From Squalus acanthias (taxonomy: Eukaryota), in assembly GCA_030390025.1 (NCBI GenBank), contig CM059438.1, positions 64,544,001 to 64,608,000 of the forward strand: a stretch of 64,000 nucleotides of DNA, in the 5' to 3' direction. Shown in pieces: positions 35,431 through 47,222 of the stretch. The notes under the pieces were generated by a model. That model worked only from the letters and a program-made list of their open reading frames with translations. It ran no database searches and was not told the origin of the DNA. A program made the position numbers and the translations under genes. Position 1 is the stretch's first letter. The number at the start of each line of letters is the position of its first letter.

Positions 35431-35814
35431 TTTGCCTTTTAGAGGTATGCATTGTAGCAAATACTTATTTGAATACTTACCACCGTTTTTCTGTAGATTT
35501 ACCAATTAGCAGTTTAGCCCAATTTACTGCAGTCAATTTATTGTTCATCGCTTGAAAGATTGCCTCACTTAAATGTAAAAACCTTGGTTTGTGACACTCC
35601 CTTCTCCCTCTCAAACCTAATATCAAATTCAGTCATATTATGATCACGATTCACAAGGTGTTCCATTACTATCAGATTGTTAACGAATTTGGGTTTATTA
35701 CTCATTATAAAATCTATTATGGTCTGATACACTTGTACTGGAACATATTGCTCAAGAAAGACTGTCCCGATTACTATCTAGAAATTCATTGTTTTTGCCA
35801 CTTGAGCTGTTCGG

Positions 35815-36210
35815 CCTCTTGCAGTCCAGGTTCAAATTAAAATCTCCAATTATTATCTCATTGTTTTTGCTCCAGGCTTCCCTGATCCCTCCCTGCCCCC
35901 CACTACATCACCACTGCCAGGAGGTCTGTAGACAACTCCCACCAGAGACTTGCATTCTTTGCTGTCCCTTAGTTGTACTCAGTGTTTCCACTGCCTGTTC
36001 ACCCTGAATGAAATCCCTTCTTTCTGCTGCTGTAATTGTGTCTTATCAATATTGCTGCTCCACCTCATTTCTGAATTTCTCTGTCCTTTCTAAAGATCCT
36101 ACAGCCTGGAATGTTCAGCTTCCGTTCATGCCCAGCTTTTAGCCAGGTCTCTGTAATGGCTATTACCCCATACCCTTTACACTGAATTTGTGCTTCTAAC
36201 TCATTTGTTA
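35815..36210 (-). mobile_element. Old CR1 endonuclease-region fragment
   Basis: Degenerate similarity to 4480-4870 (encodes VYRPP and IIGDFN motifs on the minus strand). Confidence 0.6.
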
Positions 36211-36228
36211 TTCATGCACAAAACTATT

Positions 36229-36393
36229 GGCCCAGAAATTGTTCGCTGTCATTACCCCTCTGAAACTGACCGCAACTTCAGGATTTAGGGCATACGCATC
36301 TAAACACGGAAATCCTGAAGTTGCGCTCAGTCATTCACTGCTCCGACACTGACTGCACTGTGGATCCCCCCCCACTTCCCCTCCCCCCCCCGC

Positions 36394-36428
<35 letters not shown>

Positions 36429-36990
36429 CCGACAATCAGTGTAATCAGTGAAATTAGTGAAACTGATGAAAACTTGGGCTTTTCCACGGTAATATCGTTG
36501 TTAAATACCCCACTAAATGTTAAGCCTTGTTGGAATAGGTGTAACTGGGGTTTTATCAGTGAGCTGACTGGTAAACAAATGTTCTGGCCCTAAAAAACTA
36601 AGTTTTATATTTGTGGAGTGTCAAATTTTTCCATTATAATAAAAATTACAATTTTTTTTACTTTAAAATTTCTTTTTAATGTTTGTTCATGATATTTCAG
36701 CTTCTACCTTATGTGTAAGTCACAATCTTTATTTCGCTCTCTGTAACATTTTTAAAAAGTCCGGATAAAAGCAGCTTCTCATTTCCTGGTTTCCTGTCTG
36801 TGAGAATTCTTCGATGTGATTGGCTGCTTAGGCAGCTTGTTGACAGCATCGCCATAGCATTCCCCTATTCACAGCGCTGAAATCAATTGAACGTTAAAAA
36901 AGGAAAACTTCTTGCCACAGAGATCATGAGATCTCTGTGGGCAGCTTTCTTTTGGCCAGCAGCTTTGTCACTGACCGCAAATTACGGGCC
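36229..36990. mobile_element. Harbinger-type MITE, family M2, with an internal (CA)n
   Basis: GGCCCAGAAATTG...CAAATTACGGGCC, TSD ATT. Confidence 0.85.
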
Positions 36991-37624
36991 ATTATCTGTG
37001 TAACTGTTGTAATGCCATTCATTGTTGAATAAGCTCCAGACACTCACTGACTCAGCTCATGCATGAAGGACCTGTGAAATGGAGCCCCTCCTTCCCACAC
37101 CACACTTTCAGCCAACTTCTGGGGGTTGCTGTTCGACCCTTGCGAGAAAAGATGGTTTTAAAAAAAAACGCTGAACTGAAAACATTTCTGTATTAAACCA
37201 ACTCAACGTAATTCCAATCGGCTTCTAGCCTGGAGACGTTAATCCGTTTGATCTCTTTACATCTAACTCTTATTTCAAAGGTGTGAAGTAACACTTTGGA
37301 TTTTCAAAACATGTGAAATAATAATCCTGTGGCCAGTTATATTACCATTTGCTTCAAATGAATAACACAAAGAGCATATAATCAGCGCTGTTCCTGAGGT
37401 GTTCATTGTTGGCCTGAGTGAAGTTGGCAATGGTAATAAGCACCTCAAAGCCTATAATGACCACAGTGCTTAAAGAACAGAGCATCACTTTTATTATTAA
37501 TCATAAGTTCTCAATGCTGCAGCAGGACTGATTAAATGTTTCACAATTTGCTGTCACTCTTGTAGGTTTTAGAGCTATGTTGGTGCTCTTGAAATCCTCA
37601 GCACCTCATTAATTTAAAGGAAAC

Positions 37625-37845
37625 TTAACAAATTAAAGTAAAATGTGATTCCAGGTGTCGACGATGCACTCCAGTCCCTCCGGCGCCCACCAGTCGTGGA
37701 AAGCCTCAAGCGTACCGACGGACGCCGCATGCTCCCTCTCCAGGGCCACCCGGGGCGTGGACATAGCCACAGAAGAGAGATAGGCAGTCGGGCCAAAGCA
37801 GCCCCTCGACCGCGCGCTGCCTGGACCTGTGGATGGCCACCATGG
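37625..37845 (-). mobile_element. Probable L1/Tx1-type LINE ORF2 C-terminal fragment
   Basis: Minus strand encodes AIHRSRQRAVEG...DCLSLFCGYV / RVALEREHAASVGTLEAFHDWW, resembling Tx1 C-termini; GC-rich island followed by a T-rich tail. Confidence 0.55.
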
Positions 37846-38799
37846 CCAGGCCCAGGAGCAGTAGCAACAACTGTTAATGAGCTGATGGGAGCAGAGAGAC
37901 CTGGATTGTGTCCCATTGCCTGCTCACATCATTCACTGATGAACATTGGCTTTTCAGGTTAGTTTGCAGAAGTGACAGGCATGCCTTCTCTCACTTGACA
38001 TTTTGCCAGCCATTCTTGCTCTATCTTTCAGTCTAAGGGCACAATAAGGGGAATGTGGCTTCTGATTCATTACATGAGCCACAACTTGAATTTGTTTTCC
38101 TGTGCTTTATCGTGGGAATTATTGTGATGACATTGTCGCCTGGATGCCACCTGGGATCAGATGAACCCAGTGCTATTTATAGACTGAAGTTTTTAATTTG
38201 CATGTTCAACCTAAAATTACCCCTTTTGCATTTTGTTTCCAATGTTCTCCCTTCTTATCCTCAAGGTGCTGATTCTTGCTGCACTAAGTGCTACAGGAGT
38301 CAACAATTCTCTACTACCTCACGTGAATGTCGACAGGCTATTCAACTGTAGTAGTTGTCACAGCTGAGTCTAGTCCTGTTCGTTCCCAATGTGAACACAT
38401 GTGTACTTTCCCCAACGTTGCTGGTGGGAGGGGGTGTCGAGTGAGATCACTGCATCATGATCAGGAGGAAGATTCCCTGCCCCCCATGACACAGCCAATT
38501 GTACTTATTCCCCAACACCTCCCTCAAACATGTTTGTGTTATCTGTGTCAGAAGGTTGTGGGATCAAGTCCCACTCCAGAGACTTGAGCTCAAAATCTAA
38601 GCTGACATTCCAGTGCAGCACTGAGGGAGTGCTGCACTGTCAGAGGTGCCGTCTTTCAGATGAGATGTTAAACCGAGGCCCTGTCTGCCCTCTCGGGTGG
38701 ATGTAAAAGATGCCATGGCACTATTTTGAAGAAGAGCAAGGGAATTCTTCCCGGTGTCCTGGCCAATATTTATCCCTGAACCAACATATTAAAACAGAT

Positions 38800-39047
38800 G
38801 CATATCTCTTAATGTCTCTTAATGTCTCTTCATCTCCCCCTTTGTTCCTTTATCCCCGCCCCCTTTTCCCAGCTTTACCCTGGCCTTAAATCTATTTGAT
38901 TTCCGGCTCTTCCCAGTTCTGATGAAAGGTCATCGACCTGAAACGTTAACTCTCTTTCTCTCTCCACGGATGCTGCCTGGCCTGCTGAGTTTTTGCAGCG
39001 TTTTCTGTTGTTATTTCAGATTTCCAGCATCCGCAGTATTTTGCTAT
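38800..39047 (+). mobile_element. Penelope-like 3' terminal fragment (248 bp)
   Basis: 15-bp TSD CATATTAAAACAGAT (38785-38799, 39048-39062); homologous to the 26372-26580 end of the Penelope element. Confidence 0.85.
38915..38951 (+). ncRNA. Minimal type I hammerhead ribozyme motif
   Basis: AGTT-CTGATGA-A-AGGTC atc GACCT-GAAA-CG-TT-AACT. Helix I AGTT/AACT, palindromic AACGTT helix III, GUU cleavage triplet. Confidence 0.8.
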
Positions 39048-39699
39048 CATATTAAAACAGATTATCTGCCATTGTCACATAGCTGCTTGTGCAACCTTGC
39101 TGTGCCCAAATTGGTTCCCACGTTTCCTACCATACAACAGTGATTACACTTCCAGAAGGACTTCATTGGTTGTAAAGTGATTTGGGCCGACCTGAGGTTG
39201 TGAAAGGCGCTATATAAATGCAAGACTTTCTTTTCTTGCTTTCACCATTTCCCCAGATGTGCCAGTGGATCTACTCTGTAATTGAGTACTGGAAAATGTT
39301 GTACCCAGTGTATGTATATAATGAAATTTAGCTCATTTAATGCAATTAAACTACTGGCTGTTTCATGCTGATGATTTGTTCAGTATTTTTGGATCATATA
39401 CAATAGAAAGTAAAAAGACCTTTTTTACTGAAGCTGCTGTTTGTCATTGCTTCGCCCCAGTGTTTCTTTCAGGATGACCTTCCCTTACTACAGGCTGCTT
39501 CCTCCTGCTGTGATACAGTTGAATGCAGCTTACAGTCTCTGCCCAGGCTGGTAATGTCCGCACAGCTTCACAAACGCACTCCCGCAGGTAATGCACTGCT
39601 CCTGCTGGGCACTTGTCATTTTCCTCCCCATATTCTTTCAGAAGCTGTCAATCCCAAGCATTCGGTTTTGCAACATGCTATTACTTCAGTAACGCCATG

Positions 39700-40400
39700 A
39701 TATCAGCTTCTGACCTTTCTCTCGGGTAGTACTTGCTGATCGTGGACTCTCCTGTCAGAGGTCTCCAATGCCCCGATCCGCACTCCTTTTCAAGCCACGG
39801 CCCCCACAGGCAACGTACGTGCACTGGTGGGAGAAGTCTACTGTGTCTTGTACCAGATTCTTCCCTGTGCTTCATGCTGTGCAACGCCAGACAACTGCTG
39901 CAGTGAAACCATCTCCCGCTTTGAAATTCTCTACTCTCAGAGTAACCGCGTCTCGCTGTCACACTAAGTGAATGAAATAAACCTTTCTTCCATCTCTATC
40001 AGTCTGTGACTCACTCTCGGTTCACTTTGTGACTTTACATAAAATATGAAACTCATCCTGCAATCAGTGAGAAATCGCATCTCCGTGGTCTGTTCAGCTC
40101 CACAGTGCAAGTAGCAGTGAAAATATGTCAGCAAAACAGCAGCACTGTGAACTAAGCCTAATTGCACTCGCTGTTTCTGCTTGTCTAAAGTCCTTTGGTC
40201 AGTTCTTGCCCAAAATTGCAAGTGTATCCCCAAGCAACAACCGATCTCCTGCAATAGGGCATATACATCCAGTGGAGTCCACATATTGCAACCTGATCAC
40301 GTACGGTTTGTACTGCAGATCCTGAAAGGCCTTGCGATTGTGCGGCTCATTGTGCAGTCTGCAGAAATGGTCACAATTTGGCAAATCCAACCATTGCCCC
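39700..40400 (-). pseudogene. Possible highly degenerate hAT-type transposase fragment
   Basis: Across frames, in the expected order: ADIFSLLL, EQTTE, MEERFISF, GDGF..AAV.SG, YVAC.G. These resemble hAT motifs FSLxxDETTD / EERFL / GFDGAxxMSG / YVHC. Confidence 0.4.
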
Positions 40401-40784
40401 ACAGGTTAAAGATGCTGCCTGATCTGTTGAGTATTTCACAGATGCTGCCTGTTCAAAATAAATTGGCCAGATCTGAACTGGATCAATGTTCAGCTCAGTA
40501 ATGTCTTCACTCCTTATTTGAGATCAGTCCAGCCGTAACTGACCATGTGGAATGTTGATGTTTATCTGCTTGCATTGTGTTGGGTTGTGTTCCCTATATT
40601 TCATTTCAGGTGTCAGCGCTGATAGAATCTGCTTTAGAGACTTCTAATTCCTAGCTGGGGTTTTCCACTTCTGTACGCCCCATTCCACAATCTTCCTCCC
40701 ATTCAGTTAATTTACCAAAAAAAAAATCACAAGCTATTGAGCGTAGAAGTGGAAAACCCCAACTTGTACGTCTTATACCGTTAG

Positions 40785-40960
40785 AAAGAAAGAAGAACTT
40801 GCATTCTTGTAGCGCCTTCCATGACCTCAAGATGCCCCAAAGTCTTTTACAACCAATAAAGTACTTTTGAAATGTAGTCACTGTTGTAATATAGGGAAAT
40901 GGGGCAGGCAATTTATGCACAGCAAGGTCCCACAGACAGTAATGAGATAAATGACCAGTT
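40785..40960 (-). mobile_element. DeuSINE 3' fragment
   Basis: Matches the tail of 44706-45168 and 63435-63866. Confidence 0.75.
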
Positions 40961-41179
40961 TGATTGGCATTGAGCACCAGGCTGAGGCAGTTCTTTTCCA
41001 TGGTTAGAACTTTTTTTGGTTCTAACCCATGCCTATGAAAGATCTATTTTAGCTCTAGATTTGCAGGTACCCCATTCAATCTCTGTCACTATTTCATCCT
41101 CTTGGGATGGAGCCTATTTCTGTTTTGTAATTCATTGCCAGCATCAAGCACTCCCAACTCAGAAACAGCACAGCAGATG

Positions 41180-41610
41180 ACTGAGAAGCTGGGGTTGTTC
41201 TCCTTGGAGCAGAGAAGATTGAGAGGAGATTTGATAGAGGTGTTCAAAATCATGAGGGGTCTGGACAGAGTAGATAGAGAGAAACTGTTCCCATTGGCAG
41301 AAGAATCGAGAACCAGAGGACACAGTTTTAAGGTGATTGGCAAAAGAACCAAAGGCGATGTAAGAAAAACTTTTTTACGCAGCGAGTGGTTAAAATCCGG
41401 AATGCACTGCCTGAAAGGGTGGTGGAGGCAAACTCAATCTTATCTTTCAAAAGGGAGTTGGATAAGTACCTGAAGGAAAAAAAATTGCAGGGCTACGGGG
41501 AAAGGGCAGGGGAGTGGCACTAGCTGAAGTGCTCTTGCAGAGAGCCGGCACGGGCTCGACGGGCCGAATGGCCTCCTTCTGTGCTGTAACCATTCTATGA
41601 TTCTATGATT
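41180..41610 (+). mobile_element. CR1 LINE 3' fragment
   Basis: EKLGLFSLEQRRLRGDLIEVFKI; closely similar to 32525-32975. Confidence 0.9.
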
Positions 41611-43701
41611 CAAGGTGCAATGTTCCAAACCACTGTCCTAACAAAAGCAGTCCAGAAATGTTAATGCAAAAACAAAACATCTAATTGGTCCTGATGTTTA
41701 CTGCCACTTAATCCTAGACCTATTTGATGTTATTGTTACATTCATTACCATAATGTTCAATATTCAAGGAACAGGTTCCATGAATTTCCTCTGCATCGGA
41801 GTCCTATAAAGAGAACTCTTTAAAACTTTGGGTTTGTTCCAACTATGCCTCTTTTCATTCTGATTGACTTGTTTCTGTATTGGGCTTGACTGTGACTATG
41901 TTTTTTTTCCCATCAGCTTCCTGCCAACCATGTCTTCTTAAGCAGCTTCCCCTACAATTTGTAGCTAACTGTAGCTTAAGCCCAGCTTCCTGTCATCACT
42001 TCTCATGAATACAGTTGACTTCATTGCAGAAGTGGTGTAAAAATCCTTTGGTTTAATAAGGAAAAGAAAATGTAATAGTTCATTATTTATTGTGTCACAT
42101 ACGTATCTTAAAGGATTCAACAGTAAAATGATGTTTCTGGCTCACTGAGGTTGAGGTAATTTTCTCTCCTTGATCTCCTGAGCTCCAATCCTAAAGGCAC
42201 TAAATCATGTGGGGAATATAATTCTATGGGAGCCAGACTGCCTCCAATAGCTTTGACCAAATAGTTATTTTTCATGTGCAAACCGAAACAGCTGATGAGG
42301 CCTTTTCTTGAGGGGAGGTGGGGGTATCGGAACCAAACGCGGACCCGCTCGCAGCCAAAATCCACACACTTGGCAGCTGGGGTCCTTGGATGGCAACCAG
42401 AGAGTGAGAACCCATGCTAATTTATTCCTTCCCCTCACCCGAGGCCAAACGCCGAGATCGAGTTCAACACCACAAGTGTTGTTCCAAGCTGAGATCAGCA
42501 CAGACCGTGGATTGAATTCTGTTGTGGACTTGGGGAAAATAAAAGTCAGCCTAACCAGTAACTAAATTGATCTTTCCTCCGCCCCCCCGCCACCCCCCCA
42601 CATAATTTACACAACTTCTGCCAAACTGGCTTTGATCTGAAGCACATCACTAGTAATAAAATATAGCTGCAAAGCTGGATGTATTTTGTAAAGTAGCCAA
42701 CAGAAGGTGCTGTTACTACTTAATTCAGCTGCTTGCTTCCCCCCCCCCCTCCTCCCCCACCTGAGGTGAGACATTTCACTGTTGCTGGGCTGCGCCTGGA
42801 AGCCCAGGCGAAGCTGCAAAGCTGGTCGGCATTTCTGATGGATTGAAGTGTCGAGCGGTACAGGCACCCCCCTCCGTTCAGGCACGAAGTAAGTACCTCA
42901 CCAGCCTTGTCAGTGGGTCACCCAGCAGTCACTTGTTCAAATGTCAATGTGTGTATCAGTGCTTCTTCCAGCGCAAACCCCCCACTATTTAAGTTCAGTC
43001 CACGTGAGCCCCGCAATAGCAGAAATACATGGGCTTACTTTCCGACTGACTTCGTTTTATTTATGCTTGCTCAGTGAAGTGCCTGTGCCTGAGTGTTATT
43101 CTGCCAGTGAAGTGCATTTAGTACACGAGCATTTCTTCGATTAACCATTTCAGTTTTGGCATTCGTGCTAAGATTTGTTTTACTTTCGCCCGTCACCACG
43201 TGCCCCTTGACGGCCCCATGTCCTTCACCCGCTCAGATAATTGGGTGTCTGAGCTACGAACTAATGTTCAAGGAGTCGGGCACACCCAGGGTTAATGTGA
43301 TCGAGTGAAGCAGAGTGAGACTCCCGGAGGGGGCAGACTGACCGCTATGTTGGTTTGACATTGCATGGCATGTAAATCCAGCACAGCAGCAAAATTAAAA
43401 TTAAAAAAAATAATATGCTGCTGGACTGCAACCTGATTTCAGCAACCAGTTCTGAAGAGAAGCCCCAGTCTAAATGTGCGTTCAGTTAAATGCTTCTCCA
43501 TTCCTGCTATCAGTGCTGCATTGTAAGTGGCTCTTTTTTAAATGGAACAGGCTTGAAAACAATCAATTTTCTGAGCGAATACTTAATGACTACATGACAG
43601 CCCTTCTATTGGCACGGTTAGTAATTCAGGTCTTAGAAGAGTGAGGTAGGCAGATATGAGCAAAGGGCAGTTCTGCACATGTTAGGCGTAGCTACCTGGT
43701 C

Positions 43702-44018
43702 AGCCCTGAATTTCCGACCCCCGCGGGTGTGTACGCACCCATAAACAGATCATCCGCCTGCCCGGGAAAAGTCCCTCTGTGGGTGGAGAGTTGCGCTATT
43801 TGCTCAACCTCCGGCCGCTGAAAGGCCATAGAATTCTTACGCCTGGTAAAAGGCCTGCTTTTATCAGCATAAGAGTTTTAAAAAATAGAAAAATAAGATT
43901 TTGTCACTCACTTATAAATTAAAACCCTGTCCAATAAGGTAAGTTTGTATTAAGCCCCGAATTTTTTCTGATCGGAGGCATCCGCCTGCAGGAAGCCTCC
44001 GATCGGAAATTCATGGCC
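43702..44018. mobile_element. Short Harbinger-type MITE (M3-related)
   Basis: AGCCCTGAATTTCCGA...TCGGAAATTCATGGCC; shares GTGGAGAGTTGCGCTATTTG and AAAACCCTGTCCAATAAGGTAAGTTT with 52043-52660. Confidence 0.7.
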
Positions 44019-44059
44019 ATTATATTACTTGCAATACCAAGCCAATGTATGGGGTAAAG

Positions 44060-44520
44060 GTAGATACCTGAACATCAAAGTATAAATTAAGAGGAGAGAT
44101 TACACAAACTAGGGTTGCATTCCCTGGAATTTTAAGATTAAGGAGTGATCTGATTGAAGTTTTCAAGATATTAAGGGGAACAGATAGGGTAGATAGAGAG
44201 AAACTATTTCTGCTGGTTGGGGATTCTAGGACTAGGGGGCATAGTCTAAAAATTAGGACCAGGCCTTTCAGGAGTGAAATTAGGAAACACTTCCACACAC
44301 AGAGGGTGGTAGAAGTTTAGAACTCTCTTCTGCAAATGGCAATTGATGCTAGGTCAGTTGTTAATTTTAAATCTGAGATTGATAGCTTTTTGTTAACCAA
44401 AGGTATTAAGGGATATGGGGCAAAGGCGGGTATATGGAGTTAGGTCGCAGATCAGCCATGATCTCATTGAACGGCAGAACAGGCTCGAGGGGCTAAATGG
44501 CCTCCTGTTCCTATGTTCCT
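44060..44520 (+). mobile_element. CR1 LINE 3' fragment
   Basis: SDLIEVFKILRG...HFHTQRVVEV; tail GTTCCTATGTTCC. Confidence 0.88.
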
Positions 44521-44705
44521 CTGTATTTATGCCATAGATAATAAGTAAAATGACAAATGGTATTGAATATTGTGATCATTGATCGGGATGAACAATCTGA
44601 AATTATTTGGATATTGTTGAAAAGACAGTTTACATTTTAAGACCATAAGTACGCCACTGTTGACCTGAAGGGTACACTGATTGAAACCTTATGTCTGTAC
44701 TCTTA

Positions 44706-45168
44706 AAGAAAGACTTACTTGCATTTATATAGCGCCTTTCACGACCTCAGCACGTTAAAGCTTTAAAGCCAATGAAGTACTTTTGAAGTGTAGTCACTGT
44801 TGTAATGTAGAAAACGTGGCAGCCAATTTGCACACAGCAAGGACCCACAAATAACAATGTGATAATGACCAGATAATCTGTTTTTGTGATGTTGATTGAG
44901 GGATAAATATTGGCCAGGACACCAGGGATAACTTCCCTGCTCTTCTTCTAAATAGTGCCATGGGATCTTTTACGTCACCTTAGAGAGCATACAGGGCCTC
45001 GGTTTAACATCTCATCTGAAAGACAGCACCTCTGACAATGCAGCACTCCTTCATAACTGCACTGGAGTGTCAGCCTCGGTTTTTGTGCTCAAGTCTCTGA
45101 AGTGGGACTTGAAACCCACAACCTCTGACTCAGAGGCGAGAGTACTACCAACTGAGCCACGGCTGACA
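44706..45168 (-). mobile_element. DeuSINE (SacSINE1-like), near full length
   Basis: Reverse complement of the 19404-19845 family, from tRNA head to tail. Confidence 0.85.
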
Positions 45169-45394
45169 TCTTGGGGTGCATAAGGATAATTGAGAGGCCT
45201 TGTGCTACAAACAGGGCTTTGCATGCAGCCCATGCTTGATAGGGACATCGAGCCTTGCAACAATTTATCCTATAGTTACATAATTCAACATCAAGAGGAA
45301 TTGCCTGTAAATGTCACTCCATCGCCAGGGACCTGATGAAATCTTCTCCCAGCATACTCAATGTAATATAACAAATGAAGGACAGAGACACAAT

Positions 45395-46023
45395 GGGCTG
45401 GATTTTGATACTGGGGCGGGTTGGGGTCGTGTTATCCACTTTTCGTGTTATCCACCCGACTGCAATTGGATATGGGAGATTGATGCAATTTTCACCTAAT
45501 TGGGCAATTGAGTTCCAGAATGTGGGAACCCATGTACCAATTAGTGTTTTCAGTCTGAAAGTCGCCTCTGATGATGTCATCATTGCTGCTGCATTGAAGG
45601 TCTGCAAAGACTGCCTGGCCTTTGCTGTGAGAGGACCTGGATGCAAAATGAGCAGCAGCAGCCCAAAGTCTGCTCCCAGATATTTTTACACCACCACTGA
45701 GAGAGAGAGAGAGAGAGACAAATGTGCTGCCGCCAGGTTTCACAATCGTGGTTCAGAACAGGCATGCTTCACGTAGAACAAGGGTTAAAATCACAAAGGT
45801 CTTTCAAAATGGCATTATAGAGCCAATTTAGTGCTTGTTAAGGGCCTTAACAGCCTATCCCGTCTCTTAAAGGCGGGACGCAGTCGGGACCAGCAGACAC
45901 GATTTCATGAAAATTACGTGGAGGCGGGATGGAGGCGGACTTGTGCCCGCCCGCCAGTTTTCGCAATTTTAACCCCCCACACGCCTCCAAACCCGCCTCC
46001 ACGGGTCAATGAAAATCCAGCCA
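45395..46023. mobile_element. Harbinger-type MITE family M1, nested in the Gypsy 3' LTR
   Basis: TIR GGGCTGGATTTT/AAAATCCAGCC, TSD AAT; the LTR sequence resumes on both sides. Confidence 0.9.
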
Positions 46024-46258
46024 AATGAGTTGTTAGTCCATGTGCTTGCTTTACTAGGCCAGAGCAAACTGAGCATGCTCATACTAAACCATGTGACAAA
46101 CCATGTGATAAAATTTTACACTGCTTTCCCCCTTTAAAAAATGTCTGTATTCCCCTTTCAAATACAACAAAACTATGGTCCCACCTTTCCCAGTGTTACA
46201 TGTACCACATAACAAAAACTCCTGGCTTTTTTTCTTTTAATTGAACTACAAATCCAGT

Positions 46259-47222
46259 TTAATAACAGTTTTGCGGAATCTTCCTGATCTCCTTACAGAA
46301 GATTTTGGTGTTGAACCAATTTCTGGGCTGTTTTGTTTCACTCAAAGATGATCCTATTTCGATCTCAGACTTGTTTGAACCTGGTACTTCAGTTACAGAA
46401 GTCTGAACTGAGTCAAACTCATGTATGTGTTCATGATCAAGTGGTTCAAGCTCCCTGTCCAATCCAGGCCAGTAAACAAAGCCCCTTGCAATTGATTTCA
46501 TACTGACGATCCCTGGATGTTCAGTATGAAGTTCGGTCAGAATTCTATCTCTCAACACCACTCTGTTTCCCCACTTGATACAACCTTGCTCACAGACAAT
46601 TCAGTACGACAGTTATGGAATGGTTTCAATTCTGTGTCCAGACACTGATCAGTCCATCCATTCAAGGTGTTTTCATACACTCTTTTGAGTACTGAGTCCT
46701 TTTGAGTCTCATCTGCAATTTCAGTTGCATTCACGGGAAAGTCTTTGTCAACTGCACTTAGTGTGAAAATAGCGTCTTCACTCCCAACATGAGTCCTCAT
46801 GTGGCAACCTGGACAAGGCACCTGCGATTGTGTTTTGCTTTGAAGTGCGATATTCAATCGTGTAGTCATATTGTGACAACAACACTGCCCAACGTTGCAT
46901 TCTTGATATGGCCATTGCAGGGATGGCAGATTTGGGTGCCAATATTGCTCGGAGTGGTTTGTGATTGGTTATCAGGGTAAACTTTCTGCCGATCAGTAAC
47001 TGTTGGAATTTCTTGATTCCAAACACTATGGTGAGTGCTTCCTTTTCAATTTGCACGTAGATTCTTTCGCACTTTGTGAGGGTTCGCGATGCGAACGCGA
47101 TTGGTTTCTCTTGGCCGTCATCCATTACGTGGCTTATGACAGCTCCCACACCGTAGCTGAAGCATCACACGCTAAGTTAAGCTCACGCTCTGTGTCGTAG
47201 TGCACAAGTAGAGCATCGCTAG
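46259..47222 (-). pseudogene. Gypsy pol RNase H and integrase N-terminus; integrase core deleted
   Basis: LACDASATVW/GAVISH, KPIAFASRTL, EKEALTIVFGIKKF, ITNHKPL, MQRWAVLL, ELHTEHPGIVSMKSIAR..YWPGLD. Confidence 0.9.

Larger units (their letters stand above)
38545..39235 (+). mobile_element. DeuSINE (SacSINE1-like) interrupted by a Penelope 3' end
   Basis: GTGCTGCACTGTCAGAGGTGCCGTCTTTCAGATGAGATGTTAAACCGAGG; tail AAAGGCGCTATATAAATGCAAG. Confidence 0.85.

Noticed and set aside
36395..36427. (CA)n microsatellite and other short tandem repeats
   Set aside because: Ordinary simple repeats inside TEs.
39473..39587. Plus-strand candidate exon (TTTCAG|...|GTAATG)
   Set aside because: Peptide not recognised, no partner exons found, and it lies next to a probable antisense transposase fossil.
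43445..43490. Further hammerhead (CAGTTCTGAAGA...)
   Set aside because: Helix II and the GAAA core cannot be formed; at most a decayed Penelope end.
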